Source: Octopus sinensis
Taxonomy: Eukaryota
Direction: 5' to 3'
NCBI RefSeq assembly: GCF_006345805.1
Contig: NW_021832838.1
Span: 35,695 to 99,694 of the forward strand
Length of the DNA stretch: 64,000 bases
The translations under genes and the position numbers were made by a program. Position 1 is the first letter of the stretch. Each line of letters opens with the position of its first letter. Positions 36,870 through 50,073 of this stretch are shown here, in pieces. The notes beneath the pieces were generated by a model that had not been told where the DNA came from, did no database searches, and saw only the letters and a program-made list of their open reading frames with translations.

Positions 36870-38360
36870 GTATACATCTTCTAAGAGTGAAAGCAACCCT
36901 ATACATAATATAAATTCTTTACGGACCAGAGGAGGTAAGCGCCGTTCAACCCCAAATTTCCAACCCAGAAATTTTCCCCTTACTTTCACAAATAACACTA
37001 CGTACAATTCAAAGGCCACTCAAAACTGTATCTGGTTCGTAATACCTTTCGGAAAACAAAATTAAATCGAACCTTTCCTTGCAATTCCGTGAAGCCGTTG
37101 CTAGGAACTTTCCCAGAAATTCTAGATATTATTCTATTATCAATTCCCACATATTAGAATCGCTTTCTCTAACAATAGAAATCTTTCACAAATTATATCT
37201 TCTCACAATACCAAGCTGCTAAATAAAGATTCTTCACCCGGGTGTTCCAGCATTAATCCTGCTAATTCCAACCCTTCATACAGTCATAATAATAGGAATA
37301 GTATTAATAGTAATAAATGGTAGTAGCGATAGTGTTAACATTGATAATATTATTAATAATAGTATTAGTCGTGTTAATAACAATGGTAATGTTGATGGTA
37401 ATAACAATAACGGTATTATTGTCGGTGGTATTACTGGTTGTATTACAATTAATAATACTAATAATAATAGGAATAGTGTAGTTGTTGGCGCTAATAATAA
37501 TAGTAACAACAATCATAGCAATAAAAACTTCGTTTCGATCTCGGAGGACAACCCCAACAGAATTAAATTTTTGTCTAGTAATTCTAAGATTAAGAATTCT
37601 ATTTACCAATGTAGAATCTCTTCCGGTACCGATGTCTTCTTCTATATAGGAGCGTCCACTTCCCAGTTATCCAAGAGAATTTCAAACCATTATTCAACAT
37701 TCAGGGATAGTAAAAAACGACATAATACAGCGCTAAGTTTGGCGTCTTAAAGACAATAATATAAATTTTAAGTTAGATTGGTTCATACTGTCTGTATCCT
37801 TTCCTTTTGATAAGAGCAGGAGATTTTGTAACATTTGCAACTCTGAGCTCTTCCATATCCTCCTCTCTAAGGTTCCCCTTGTAAACACACTCATAGAGAA
37901 ATCGTATAATGTAAACACTGGCAGAAACATACTTTCTACTCATATAAATGATTACGATAGGCATCGTGGTTTGAACAATTAGCTTAACGTGCACTCCACT
38001 TCAATAGCGAAATTGTTTCCTAAGCCTTTGAACATTCTTAATCAACATACCCTTCCCTTTCCACTGGTTCCCTACCTATCATTCCTTTAACCCTTCTCTT
38101 CCTACTATCTAACTTTGACGTCAATTCTACTAACGGTTTTTTTAAAAACACTTATTATCGTTTTGTTTACCATGTAGGCGGTCATCGAAATTTTTGTTTG
38201 TCTTGTTGCCGAGAGAGGCTCCCTTTCTTTCCTGATGAGAAGATTGCATCTTGCACCCTTTATTCCTTTGGAATGAAACCATGTTGTCTTCGAAACATAT
38301 GTCGAAAGTAAAGGAATTTTGTTAACCTCTTCGTTCGACTCCATTCTTTCATTTATTCAT
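36870..38360 (+). mobile_element. Penelope-like element, 5'-truncated: RT C-terminus, Asn-rich linker, GIY-YIG endonuclease, 3' UTR/pLTR
   Basis: Translated across frameshifts: NCIWFVIPFG..IKSNL..QF.EAV.RNFP..S..YSIINSH..RIAFSN.RNLSQIISSHN.KLL; the Asn-rich tract; NSIYQCRI....FFYIGAST..LSKRISNHYSTFR...HNTALS/WRLKDNNINFKLDW.IL...FCNICNSELF.IL...LVN...E...C/KHWQKH. Confidence 0.88.
38227..38308 (+). ncRNA. type I hammerhead ribozyme, canonical core, extended stem II
   Basis: ctttc(38227-31)-CTGATGA(38232-38)-gaaga...43 nt...tcttc(38287-91)-GAA-acatatgt(38295-302)-C(38303)-gaaag. All core bases are present, stems I and II are 5/5, stem III is palindromic, and the cleavage triplet is GUC. Confidence 0.88.
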
Positions 38361-38363
38361 ATA

Positions 38364-39470
38364 CTAGCAGCATAGCCCGGCGTTGTCCGGGTATGTAAGA
38401 GCCCCTAGTAGGCGACGACTAATCCCAATCTAGTCCTTTCCCTCTAGGGAACGAAGGCGCATGTGTAGGTTGCAATGTCTTCTCTTCACTCGAATGCTTC
38501 TGTGTATACGATGCTCCTAGCTGTCCCTTTGGGCGAAAACATGAAAACATCATTGTGCCTCCAAACGCGTGAACAGCCCACGTAGAGTTGACCGTGAGCG
38601 AAGCACCGTTCGCCCAAATGTAACCCAGTGACTTGTAGCGTTTGGCCTTGGGATTTATTGATGGACATTGCGAAGCAGAGTTTAACAGGAAACTGAGAAC
38701 GCCTGAAGTGGATTGGTAGGTCAGCGCCCGACGGTTGAAGGTGCATGCATGGAATGAAGATGTCCTGTCCCTTCCCACAATCGGTAAGTATTGTGGCCGT
38801 TATCAAATGTGGTGCCAAATGTTTCACAACCAGACGTGTGCCGTTGCACTGTTTAGGTCGAGTTGCGTCCCCTAGACAGTCTGTGGTTTGTGTTTAATAC
38901 ACAAATCGGTTTGCTATGTGTGCCACATATGATTTAATTAACCGATTTTTTCCAGTAATAAAGTATCCTATTCGAATAAAAAGGGCTATATAGCTCCTTG
39001 GATGCTCGCTGTGAATTTAAAAAATAATTCCTGCCAATTTGTGAAAGATATTGTCGAAAATATGTCATCTTGAATTTGAATACGATTTCCCAAAATGGCA
39101 TGAATTTATCGATGTTTTCTGATGTTATGGTATTTCATGGAAAACTAACGTCAGAATTAAGTTTTTTAGGGTAACATTAAGCTTCACCATGAGTTTGGTG
39201 AAAATCGATTGCAAGTTGCGAAAACTACAACAGAAATTGTGTTGCATATGATAAGCTTAGATTCTCGACCCCACGTCGAATTTATCGATTCTTTTCAGAA
39301 CTAGGGGAACTTTTCAAAATTTTCTCTTCGTTAGTTTTGAATTATGACATTGGGCTATGTGTGTGTCAAGTTTCATCAGAATCGGTTGAAAACCGTGGTC
39401 AGGTCGAGAGTACAATCTGACAGACACACAGACACACAGACAGACAAACTGCCGTTTATATATATATATA
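38364..39470 (-). mobile_element. internally deleted Helitron with PIF1 helicase C-terminus
   Basis: The 3' end on the minus strand is a cccggacaacgccggg hairpin plus CTAG|T at 38364-38367. The subterminal acagacagacaaactgccgtttata motif lies near 39430-39460, and the 5' TC is obscured by (TA)n. Confidence 0.85.
38486..38880 (-). pseudogene. Helitron PIF1-family helicase fragment
   Basis: RN/LD..QCNGTRLVVKHL..HLI.ATIL...KGQ.IFIP...L.PS...LP..F.R.QFPVKLCFAMSINKSQGQTL..GL.L...CF.HGQLYVGCSRV. Confidence 0.93.
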
Positions 39471-39539
<69 letters not shown>

Positions 39540-39599
39540 TATATATAAATATATATTATATATATATGTATGTCATATATATATATATTATATATATAT

Positions 39600-39640
<41 letters not shown>

Positions 39641-40251
39641 TACACATATATGTGTGCTTCCATATCATTCCCATTAACGAAATTTCGTTAATATAGGTCA
39701 CGCTGAGGCTAGAGTAAAATACAACCGACGAAGATGCTCCGTATTTGGATCGAGCCTATGAGTGGTGAATGCGATCCACACACCTTAACCACGTGATCAT
39801 ATTCTCACTCTTTCTCCTTCCTAATTACGCAGGATTTTTACTTCTACAACAAGCCCTTGTAGTAGTTTTAATGATGTGGCTCAATTGGCTGGTTGTGTTT
39901 GCAATTTACCTGACGCTACATCTCAATCGTTTCTCTCCCTTCTCAAATTATCGTCTTCTTCTTCTTCTTCTTCCACTCATCACTTCTTCTTCTCTTGCTT
40001 TTATGTTTTGCATACTTCTTAATTATCTCATCATATTTCTGTTGTTGTCGTTGTTTTTGTTGTTGATAGTAGTGGTATTTAGCCTCACGTCGATCCTGTA
40101 TCAACACGTCTATTATCAAAGGGGTTCCTGCCATCACTCTGCCGCCTTACACACACACATATACATATACGTGTTCATTTATGTATGTATATATATCAAT
40201 ATGCATGCGTATATATATATATATATATATCTTATATATCAATATGCATGC

Positions 40252-40293
<42 letters not shown>

Positions 40294-41164
40294 TATTATA
40301 TATATATATATATATCTTATCGCGTATTTTGCTTATATTCTCGAAGAAAACTAAATACATATGCAACATAAAAGACTAATGGTAACCAGTACATGACACA
40401 CGCACGCACACACACACCACACACACACACACACACCACACACACACATACATCTCTTCACTCACTCCTGTTTTATATGTTGAAAGCAGCTCAGGCGAGA
40501 AACTGCGAGGCAATGTCATCACACGTTTGGAAAATCATAGAAAATATATATTTTAGATATAGAATTATATTTATCAACTTAAACGCTATTAGATCCTGCG
40601 ACTACTACTAAACAATGTACTATTAGCTCACCACAAATAGTGTCTCTAAATTAAAATGCATCAAGTCATGTGTCAGGACTACATATCTTGATTATTTCAC
40701 GTCTATGCTGAAAATACGATTATTAAAGCGGCAAAGCTCTGAAAATTAGTTGGTAATTATGGAGAACAAAATGGCCACCATTTTGCTTTCACAGCGATGA
40801 TTGCTTCAAAGAGAAGGAAATATAAAAATACTGTTTACTGGCCATCGTAATTTCGCACTAATTATTCTCCAGCGATTTTCGTTTCCTTTACATATCTATA
40901 GCTATTATTAATACACTTCATAAAGATTCGTAGTCATATTGAAAGATTCACCGTATTTGACATAGTTGTCTCCTTTCTGAGTTCAAATTTCACCGAGGCA
41001 AACTTTGCTGTTCCTCATTTCCTGTTCTATTGAATATAATACCCGTTATATACTGAGGTCAGTGGTGTCGACTACTAGCCCTTCCACTAAAGTGTTACTA
41101 GTATAAAAATCATCATCATCATCGCTCTGTTTTTAACCTTCTGGCTTATGTCGTGGTGACGATG

Positions 41165-41187
41165 TTGGTGAAAGATGATGATAACAA

Positions 41188-41219
<32 letters not shown>

Positions 41220-41420
41220 ACGAAAACCACAATGACAACGACGATGACGACGGCGATGATGACGATGATGATGGTAATGATGCTGAAGATGACAATGACG
41301 GTGATGATGATGGCAATGAGAATTACAAGAAGGATGAAAACAATAACGATGATGAGACGGTAATTTATGATGACAACGATGACGACGACGATGACTATGG
41401 CGATGACGATGATGCAATGA
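41165..41420. repeat. (GAT/GAC/AAT)n degenerate trinucleotide repeat
   Basis: Direct reading; it gives the poly-Asp ORF 41153-41542. Confidence 0.85.
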
Positions 41421-41906
41421 TAACAATACAGACAATGTTATTAACAACACAAGACCCTGTCAGCTACAGCAACTTTATCTGTCATCGCATCAACGCTAGA
41501 ACGGGTGGCTCCCTCTGTCGTGTTCCAACAATAACTAATTAAAGTTGTTAAAACATCATTTCTTTACAATTCCGCCGCCGCCGCCCCTGCCACCAGTTCA
41601 TTGCAATAAATTTTAATTTCAAAACCAGAAACAAAGAAAGATAAAAACAATTTCATTTAAATTTGATATTCCACGTATGACATTTGTTTACAACATGGAC
41701 GCCAATATAAGATTTAATGAATTTATATTGCACATTTTAACATGCATTGACGAACGGAATCTGCACCACACACCTCCTCCGTCGCCTTCTTTTACTTATT
41801 TGTGTGTGGGTGTAGGGGGGATGTCGAGTACGAGAGAGTGCCATACGATGCGATTGTGTATGTGTGTGTGTGTGTATATATATATATATGCATATATAGA
41901 TACATA

Positions 41907-41963
<57 letters not shown>

Positions 41964-42307
41964 AATTATTATTATTATTATTATTATATACAAATGTATA
42001 TATACACACACACATTCTAATGCATTACGCCACAACTGTAAGTCTCGCAACCACATGTTCATATGCTTATACTAATTCTTGCATACACGTGCATATATAT
42101 ATATATATATATATATTACAAACCCACTTATATGTGTGTGTGCATTTGCGTGAGAATGTACGTTTCATTTGGTTTAGTCAGCTTTTGTGAGTCTTTTCGA
42201 TTTTACAGTGTAATTCTATGTGTATATATAACGGCATTAATACATTCATGTATAAAGTAAGTGTGAATATAGTTTTACGCACAGGCACTCACACACACAT
42301 ACAACTA

Positions 42308-42352
<45 letters not shown>

Positions 42353-42645
42353 CACACTACACACATTCTTATCTCCAAACACACGAGCACACTCACAGTA
42401 TATCGCGGAGTGAACGTACACTCATGAGAGCCGAAATTAGCTTGTCAAATTTTCGTGAAAAATCGAATGAAATGATGTAATTTTCTGGAAGCTGATATTA
42501 CATCATGAATGTAATTAGAAATTGTGAAGGAACATTTCATATGGAAATATTTGGCTCCTGGCTTTGGAATGCATTTGCAATACAGGCATTTATGCATAGA
42601 CATATATATATACAAACACACATAAAAACGTGCATAAAAAACATA

Positions 42646-42727
<82 letters not shown>

Positions 42728-42891
42728 ATATATACATATATATATTATATATATATATATAAAAACATGCATAATTACTTACATATATATATACCGACAT
42801 GTATACTTACATACATTTATATATATTCATACATACATACATCTATATAAATATGTGGTTAAATAAATATAAAATACTGAAATTTCTTTGT

Positions 42892-42935
<44 letters not shown>

Positions 42936-43124
42936 GTACGTATTATCTTTACCAGCAGATGGATATCTTTTAGTTACATCTAGAACAACATGTATTTTCG
43001 CCATAAAATGGTTCCTCGGGGAATATTTCTCATTTCGCATTCATCTTTTAATTCAGTGTTTTCCTATTTGTGATTTTTTAATATTTGCCTCCCCTCTCTT
43101 TCACTCAGTGCATATACATATAAA

Positions 43125-43420
<296 letters not shown>

Positions 43421-43426
43421 CGCGGT

Positions 43427-43461
<35 letters not shown>

Positions 43462-43592
43462 GTATGTATGTGTGCACACACATATATTCATATAACCTGT
43501 ACACGTATTTATAATTCATTTACTTCAAATTAAATATGACAGTTTTATTATGTATATGTATATATGTATGTGTATATATGTATATATATGTT

Positions 43593-43646
<54 letters not shown>

Positions 43647-45433
43647 CGTGCATGTGTGTCTGTATGTATAATAAACACAATGAATTATAAAAAGGAGAAT
43701 GCAGAAGGAACAAGTTTGATGAAATAAAACAGCATTTTCATCGAAGGAAAATATATTATAGCGTCAATCCTTTATAAGCAGCAGGAAAGATATAATCATT
43801 AACGAAGTAGAATATAGAACTGTAAATTACAGAATGTTTCGAATCCAGATAGTTCTGCTGTACTATCGAGGTTGTGTCTGTGGTGTGAATGCAATTATAT
43901 AAGATTATGTGCTACAGTGTCGGATCTCTGAGAACTGGCAGTACTGTCAGTTGGCCACGTTTCATGGGAACGTGCTCAGGAAATCCGATAATTTAAAGTA
44001 ATCGTTTCAAATGTTCCATCAAATACCGGACACAACTCTGTCTATTCTCTTAGAGGCGCTGAGATGAAGGGTACTGGTTCTAAAGTTTTAGATCTTTCGA
44101 TTTTCTCGATTTACTTATAGTTATAGGATTGCATAGATTGAATAAAATGCGCAAATGATGAGTAGAAACTGTATTTACAAGATAATATTACAATATTACA
44201 AGATAATATCGGGAAAGAAGGAATAAATCAACTAGGTCAGCAGTCTGGGCTGCATCAGATGAGCCCATAATTATATCAAAGAAATCGGTAGATGAGTTGC
44301 GGGTTCAGTTATTATCCTTAAAGTGAATTTGAGTTTTCCTAGCAGGCAGGAGATGTTATCAATGTCAGATCGAGAAATGGATGTGTACTTTCGAGGGGTG
44401 AAGGAAATAGACTAGTTAATTATTCATTTGTACACACATGCAGACACACATGTATATGAGATGCCTACTACATTTCTAACCTGAACTCTGACAATGGTGG
44501 TTGACATTATGCTCAAGGTACTATGCAATGAATTGGATCGAACCAACAACCATATGGTAATCAGGAGAACTACTTAACTACGAATGCACACGGCCATGCG
44601 TGCATTCTATTTCTCTGTTTATAGCGCTTTTCTAATGGAATCGGCATAAAGTGGAGAGAGCTGTGCAGGTAAAATGTTGGAGGCTGTCAGTGCAGTTGGA
44701 TTAGACTTGTGTTGTTATGAATGCCAAACTTGTACTTCCCATTGATTATATTTGCTAGAGTTCTGCCTGAAGATAGAATTATTATCTTCTTAGAAACATG
44801 GAAATATTTGTGAGAGAGGAAAGTCTAGAGTGAGTTAGATTCGTAGATTTCCGAACCAAGAGATATTCGCAATGTTTCAGATATTCCTACCCCTCACCCA
44901 CAAACCGTTTGCATTTCTATACAGTTTTAATTCAGTTTGGTTGTTGTTGTTGTTTCACTAGTCTTACCTGTGGTGGTTGTTTTTGTACATCTGTTGCTCT
45001 TCTTGTTGTTCCTGTTCATGCTATTGTTGTTGTTATTCTTGTTGTAGCGTTGCATATATTTGTTTTTGTTGTTCTCGCTGCTCAGTTGTTGTAGTTTGGT
45101 TGTTGATATTGTTGCATATCCTTTTAATCAAGGAGGAATATTCCGATTTAAAATGCTATCCTCTATCTGCTTTCATCTGTCACAACTATACACATAATGT
45201 GTTGGATGCAAACATGTATAACATATACACACATAAATACATACATCTACACACGCACACACATTCATACATAATATATTAAAAAAACACATACATAATA
45301 TATATGCACATAGTTACACATATGTACACAAACATTCTTTGTATGCATGTAAGGCTCTGTGTATGCATTTATTAGTATATTACACATGTGATGCACACAT
45401 ATACATACACGAGCTGCAGAAATGCACAAACAT

Positions 45434-45501
<68 letters not shown>

Positions 45502-45943
45502 CTATCTATCTATTTACGTGTAAATATGCATTACTCACAAATATACTTTCACTCTTATATTGAAATCCTAATGCATTTGCGTATACGCGCTATCCATACA
45601 TATGCTCTTTAAAATACATACACATACATACGTGTGTGTATATGTGTGCATTTACATATATTTGTGTGTGTGTGTGTGTGTGTGTGTGCGTGCGTGCGTA
45701 TGTGCGTATGTATATTTCGTGTTTTACAGGCCTCACCACAAAACATTTCCATCTGCAGAATGCTTCTTAGTAATGAGACACAAAGTGACTTCACGCTAAT
45801 ACACTTCACGCCTTTGCTCTTGCTCACCTACTGAGTTCAACTCTCAATACGTATCAGTCATATACAACACCTTCACAATAAAACATAGTCTCTGCCTGTA
45901 TGCTGTCTGTTTTGTCAGCCAATATTTACTTAAAGCCTTGAGG

Positions 45944-46130
45944 CGGCGAGCCTGGCGGAAGCGTTTGTTGCATTTAGTCCGTCTCTACTTTCTCAGCTCA
46001 AATGTCACTGGGGTCGGCTTTGTCGTTCATCCTTTCGAGGTCCATGAAATAAGCACCAGTTGATAACTGGGGACGATGTAATCGTCTTACTCCGTCTTCC
46101 GAAATTGTTGGCCTTCTGCCAAAATTTGTA
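45944..46130 (+). mobile_element. tRNA-derived SINE (decayed)
   Basis: ggcggcgagcctggc...ctcaaat...ttcatcctttcgaggtc..taag.accag...actgggg.cgatgtaatcg. Homologous to 54742-54950. Confidence 0.7.
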
Positions 46131-48384
46131 AAAAATATCTATTTAAATCTTTACGTGTTTACATCCAACGTTTCTCTTAATGTTCGGTGGCAAGGACTCA
46201 TAAGATCAAAGATTGACAGATGTGGTTTAAAAGCACCGAAATATGCCACTCTGAAGTGGAATTCCACTAATGCCAAATCTAGCTGTTCATATTTCGGGGT
46301 CAAGTATTCCACCTCATTATGTATTGCGTGCATACATCGCCCCCTTGTGGTGTGGTCAGCTAAAAGTGACCAGTCACGTGGGTCATTATCTCATTTGTCC
46401 CAAATATGTTGCATCGTAAATGTGGATACTGCACTTTCGAGTCTGGATATTTGGGGATCTCGAGCAGTGAAATTACTTTTAGATTAAAGACTTAATTTAT
46501 AATCGTTTATAATGCTCATGCCATATTCCTCTTCATTAATGTTTTACTTCATTAATGTTTTACTTCATTAATGTTTTAATTTATGTCAGCTGGCCAACAC
46601 AATGTTAAGTTGGTTGTGCGATAGTTTTGTATTTAGGAGATCATGTCATGTGATGTTATGTAACAAAGTATATTATACCTATACTTTAATAAAACGCCAT
46701 TGACGTTATGCAATAGTATTGTACACAATACTTCTTTAATATATGACTACTACTTAATGATATGCAATCGTGTTGGCGTATCTAGATGAGGAATCGATAT
46801 AGTGGAGGAAAATTAGAACTGCATACATACAATATGCAATATATATTACCATTTGTAGGAAAGACTATCCTGGGGTAAATATGAAAAAAAAATCATTCCT
46901 GTTGTTTAGACGTATGAGTGCAAGATCTCTATTAAGATTTTCTCCAGTTGCAAACATTACAGGTTTTGATATAGCAGTTTGGGGTTAAAATACACGCAGA
47001 GGGCATCAGTCCCGTAGATGTGGACGTAACGTTCAAAATCAGCGACCAAAACAGTGTTTATCTCTGGTTTCGACGCTGAGTTTTGCATTTGTTCGTTCAA
47101 AGACAAATTCATTGAACTGTAAGAATTCCACTGCCAGGTGCACCATTAATAAAATCCTCAGACCAGAAAGAATGAGATACACTGTACAACATGTCTTAAC
47201 CCTTTTATTCAGCTAACAATTGCCCGCCATGCTTGCACTCTGTCGACGCCAACTCGCAGCAACTAGGTTGGAATGGAGTGGGATCGAACATCGCATCTCT
47301 TACATTCAGGCTCACACGCACACACACACATATGCATACGTACGTACATGCAAACATATATTCACACACACACTAACGCTAACACATATGCACACACACA
47401 CATATATAAATGCATACGTATGTATATGCTTACATACATGCATAGATATATATATATATATACATATAAGTGGATACATATATAAGTACGTTCGTACATA
47501 CACAGATGCACGCATACGTCTAAACAGACAAACGAACACACATGTATAGATACAAACACATTCATGCCTTCTTATACATATATAGATACGTACATACACA
47601 CATACATACTTATGTAGTAACATAAACATACATGTACATCTATATTCACTCAGGTATTTACATATCCCCGTAGGTAGGTATTCGCGTGCATATGTTCCTC
47701 TCCAAGAACGTACACAGAGTTTGCACCTAAAACATTCATTATATATTATTGCTTTTGTAAAGGATGATATATTTTTATATAAAAGTTATGTCAATCAGAA
47801 TAAAAAGCCATTGAGTTCCGTTGTAGGTTTATTTCGAACAGTTTACACTTAATATCCGCTCATATACTTGCATTCACTTTACTCTAATGCTTCAGATCAA
47901 AAATTTCATAGTTAATAATTTTCTGAAAATGTCCTGTTTGATGGCAATTTCTAATCTGTGAAGTTATTGTTGAAAATCATAAACTAGAATAGAAGGAGAC
48001 GAAAAGGTTAAAACTGTGTCCCTGAGTGCGAAGAGTTCTATCAGGGGAGATAATTAAATTTCCACATCTTTCTATTTATACTATAATGTGTGAAGCGTGT
48101 GTCTAGGGAGGGTCGCTTAGTTCTTGCATTCATAAATCAGTAAATTTTAACTGCTTCACAGCTTATATAGATTGTAATTATAGAGTATACACATATATAT
48201 TACTTGAAGACTTGTCAGGTAAATTTATCATCTCTCTCTCTATTTATACAAGCACCTTATTTCTGGTTATAGTTCTAAAGTCTCTCCCCAATAGAGAAAA
48301 AGCCAGACTCCAATAAACAAGACTCTTTCACTACAATTTAGGCAATATCTGGTTAAGCATGTATATATGAATATATATGCATAT

Positions 48385-48433
<49 letters not shown>

Positions 48434-48481
48434 ATATATATATTATATATATATAGATATATATATATATATGCATATATA

Positions 48482-48515
<34 letters not shown>

Positions 48516-48520
48516 TATAT

Positions 48521-48571
<51 letters not shown>

Positions 48572-48734
48572 GTATATGTGTGTGTGTGTGTGTGGTGTGT
48601 GTGTGTGTGACCGTATGCTCGTATTTGTGTATATATGTATGCTTGCCTGTGTGTATGTGTGTGTATTTGCATGTTTGTACATTCCACGAATTTCATGAAT
48701 CAACATCTCGCTGGTCTGTGTAGGTTGGTGACTG

Positions 48735-48865
48735 TGTGCTGGCTGTTTGCTAACCGACCACATGGTTCCCGTTTCAGAGCTTGGGTAAGTCTTCTACTAT
48801 AATCTCTGCCGACTAAAAATTTGTCAGAGAATTTGGTTGACGGAAACTGAAAGAGGTTCGCCGCA
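48735..48865 (+). mobile_element. tRNA-derived SINE of a second family, followed by (ATCT)n
   Basis: ccacatggttccc...cttgggtaagtcttctactata...gccgac...atttggttgacggaaactgaaagag, then (ATCT)n at 48866-49050. Confidence 0.6.
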
Positions 48866-48954
<89 letters not shown>

Positions 48955-48956
48955 GT

Positions 48957-49032
<76 letters not shown>

Positions 49033-49511
49033 ATCTATATCTATCTATGTATATATATTGAGGAGTTGCTCTTCTCCCCGTCCAGTAACATGGGGCATCG
49101 ATGTCGATTCCTTCTGTATTACACTAAACCCTCTTCAGATTTAGCCAATCAGGCAGAAAATATTTTGCTTTTATACTCAATGAAATCGATTCCTTCTTTT
49201 CATTGAAACTTTGTCTTCCTGTTCCCTTGCTCTGCTATAACCAACTGGAATCTTCTCTGCCATTCTCACCAGTTTTCCAGTCAGTGCTTTTCTACCCTTT
49301 TAAAAGTTTATTGGTGGACATGTCAGACATCCAGATCTGAGCCAGGATCTCAAGGAAACACACCTTCCTCGGCAGCTCCCTTCAAAGCCAGCCTCTTGCA
49401 TCACTTGACTCCTTACGTCCTTCACGTTTTTAGCGCTTTCCGCTTTCTGAATTATGTACACACCGATATCTACGACTGATATTGATACGTATCAGCTTTG
49501 CAGAAGCACAC

Positions 49512-49563
<52 letters not shown>

Positions 49564-49644
49564 AGCGTATATATTTATACATAATGCATATCCACTAAGT
49601 ATTCATACACATAATCACACACACACACACATATATATATACAT

Positions 49645-49675
<31 letters not shown>

Positions 49676-49976
49676 TACATGCATACTTACATACATATAC
49701 GTATGTGCGTGTGTGAGTGTGTGTATAAAATTGTATGTATATATTACTGAGCGAAATGTATCTATTAATGTAATATATGGATCTACATCACGAAATTATT
49801 TTCTGAGTGTATAAATGTAGGAAAATGCAAGTTGGCAAGTTGTTGTATATTAGTGTATATTAGTGAGTGTGATTATGTATATGTATACAGCTACCATTCT
49901 CTGTATAATGATAACTTCATATATATGCATATGTATATATAATATACACATATATATATATATACATATATACATA

Positions 49977-50030
<54 letters not shown>

Positions 50031-50041
50031 CAAACCTTCCA

Positions 50042-50073
<32 letters not shown>

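Noticed and set aside
39673-39692. Perfect 20-bp palindrome attaacgaaatttcgttaat
   Set aside because: Isolated, AT-rich, with no associated structure or second copy seen.
41153-41542. 129-aa Asp-rich ORF
   Set aside because: Explained by a degenerate (GAT/GAC)n repeat; no splice or homology support.
44768-44810. ctgaaga...gaaa hammerhead-like spacing
   Set aside because: No valid stem III/UH site, and the core is itself paired in a local gaagata/tatcttc hairpin.
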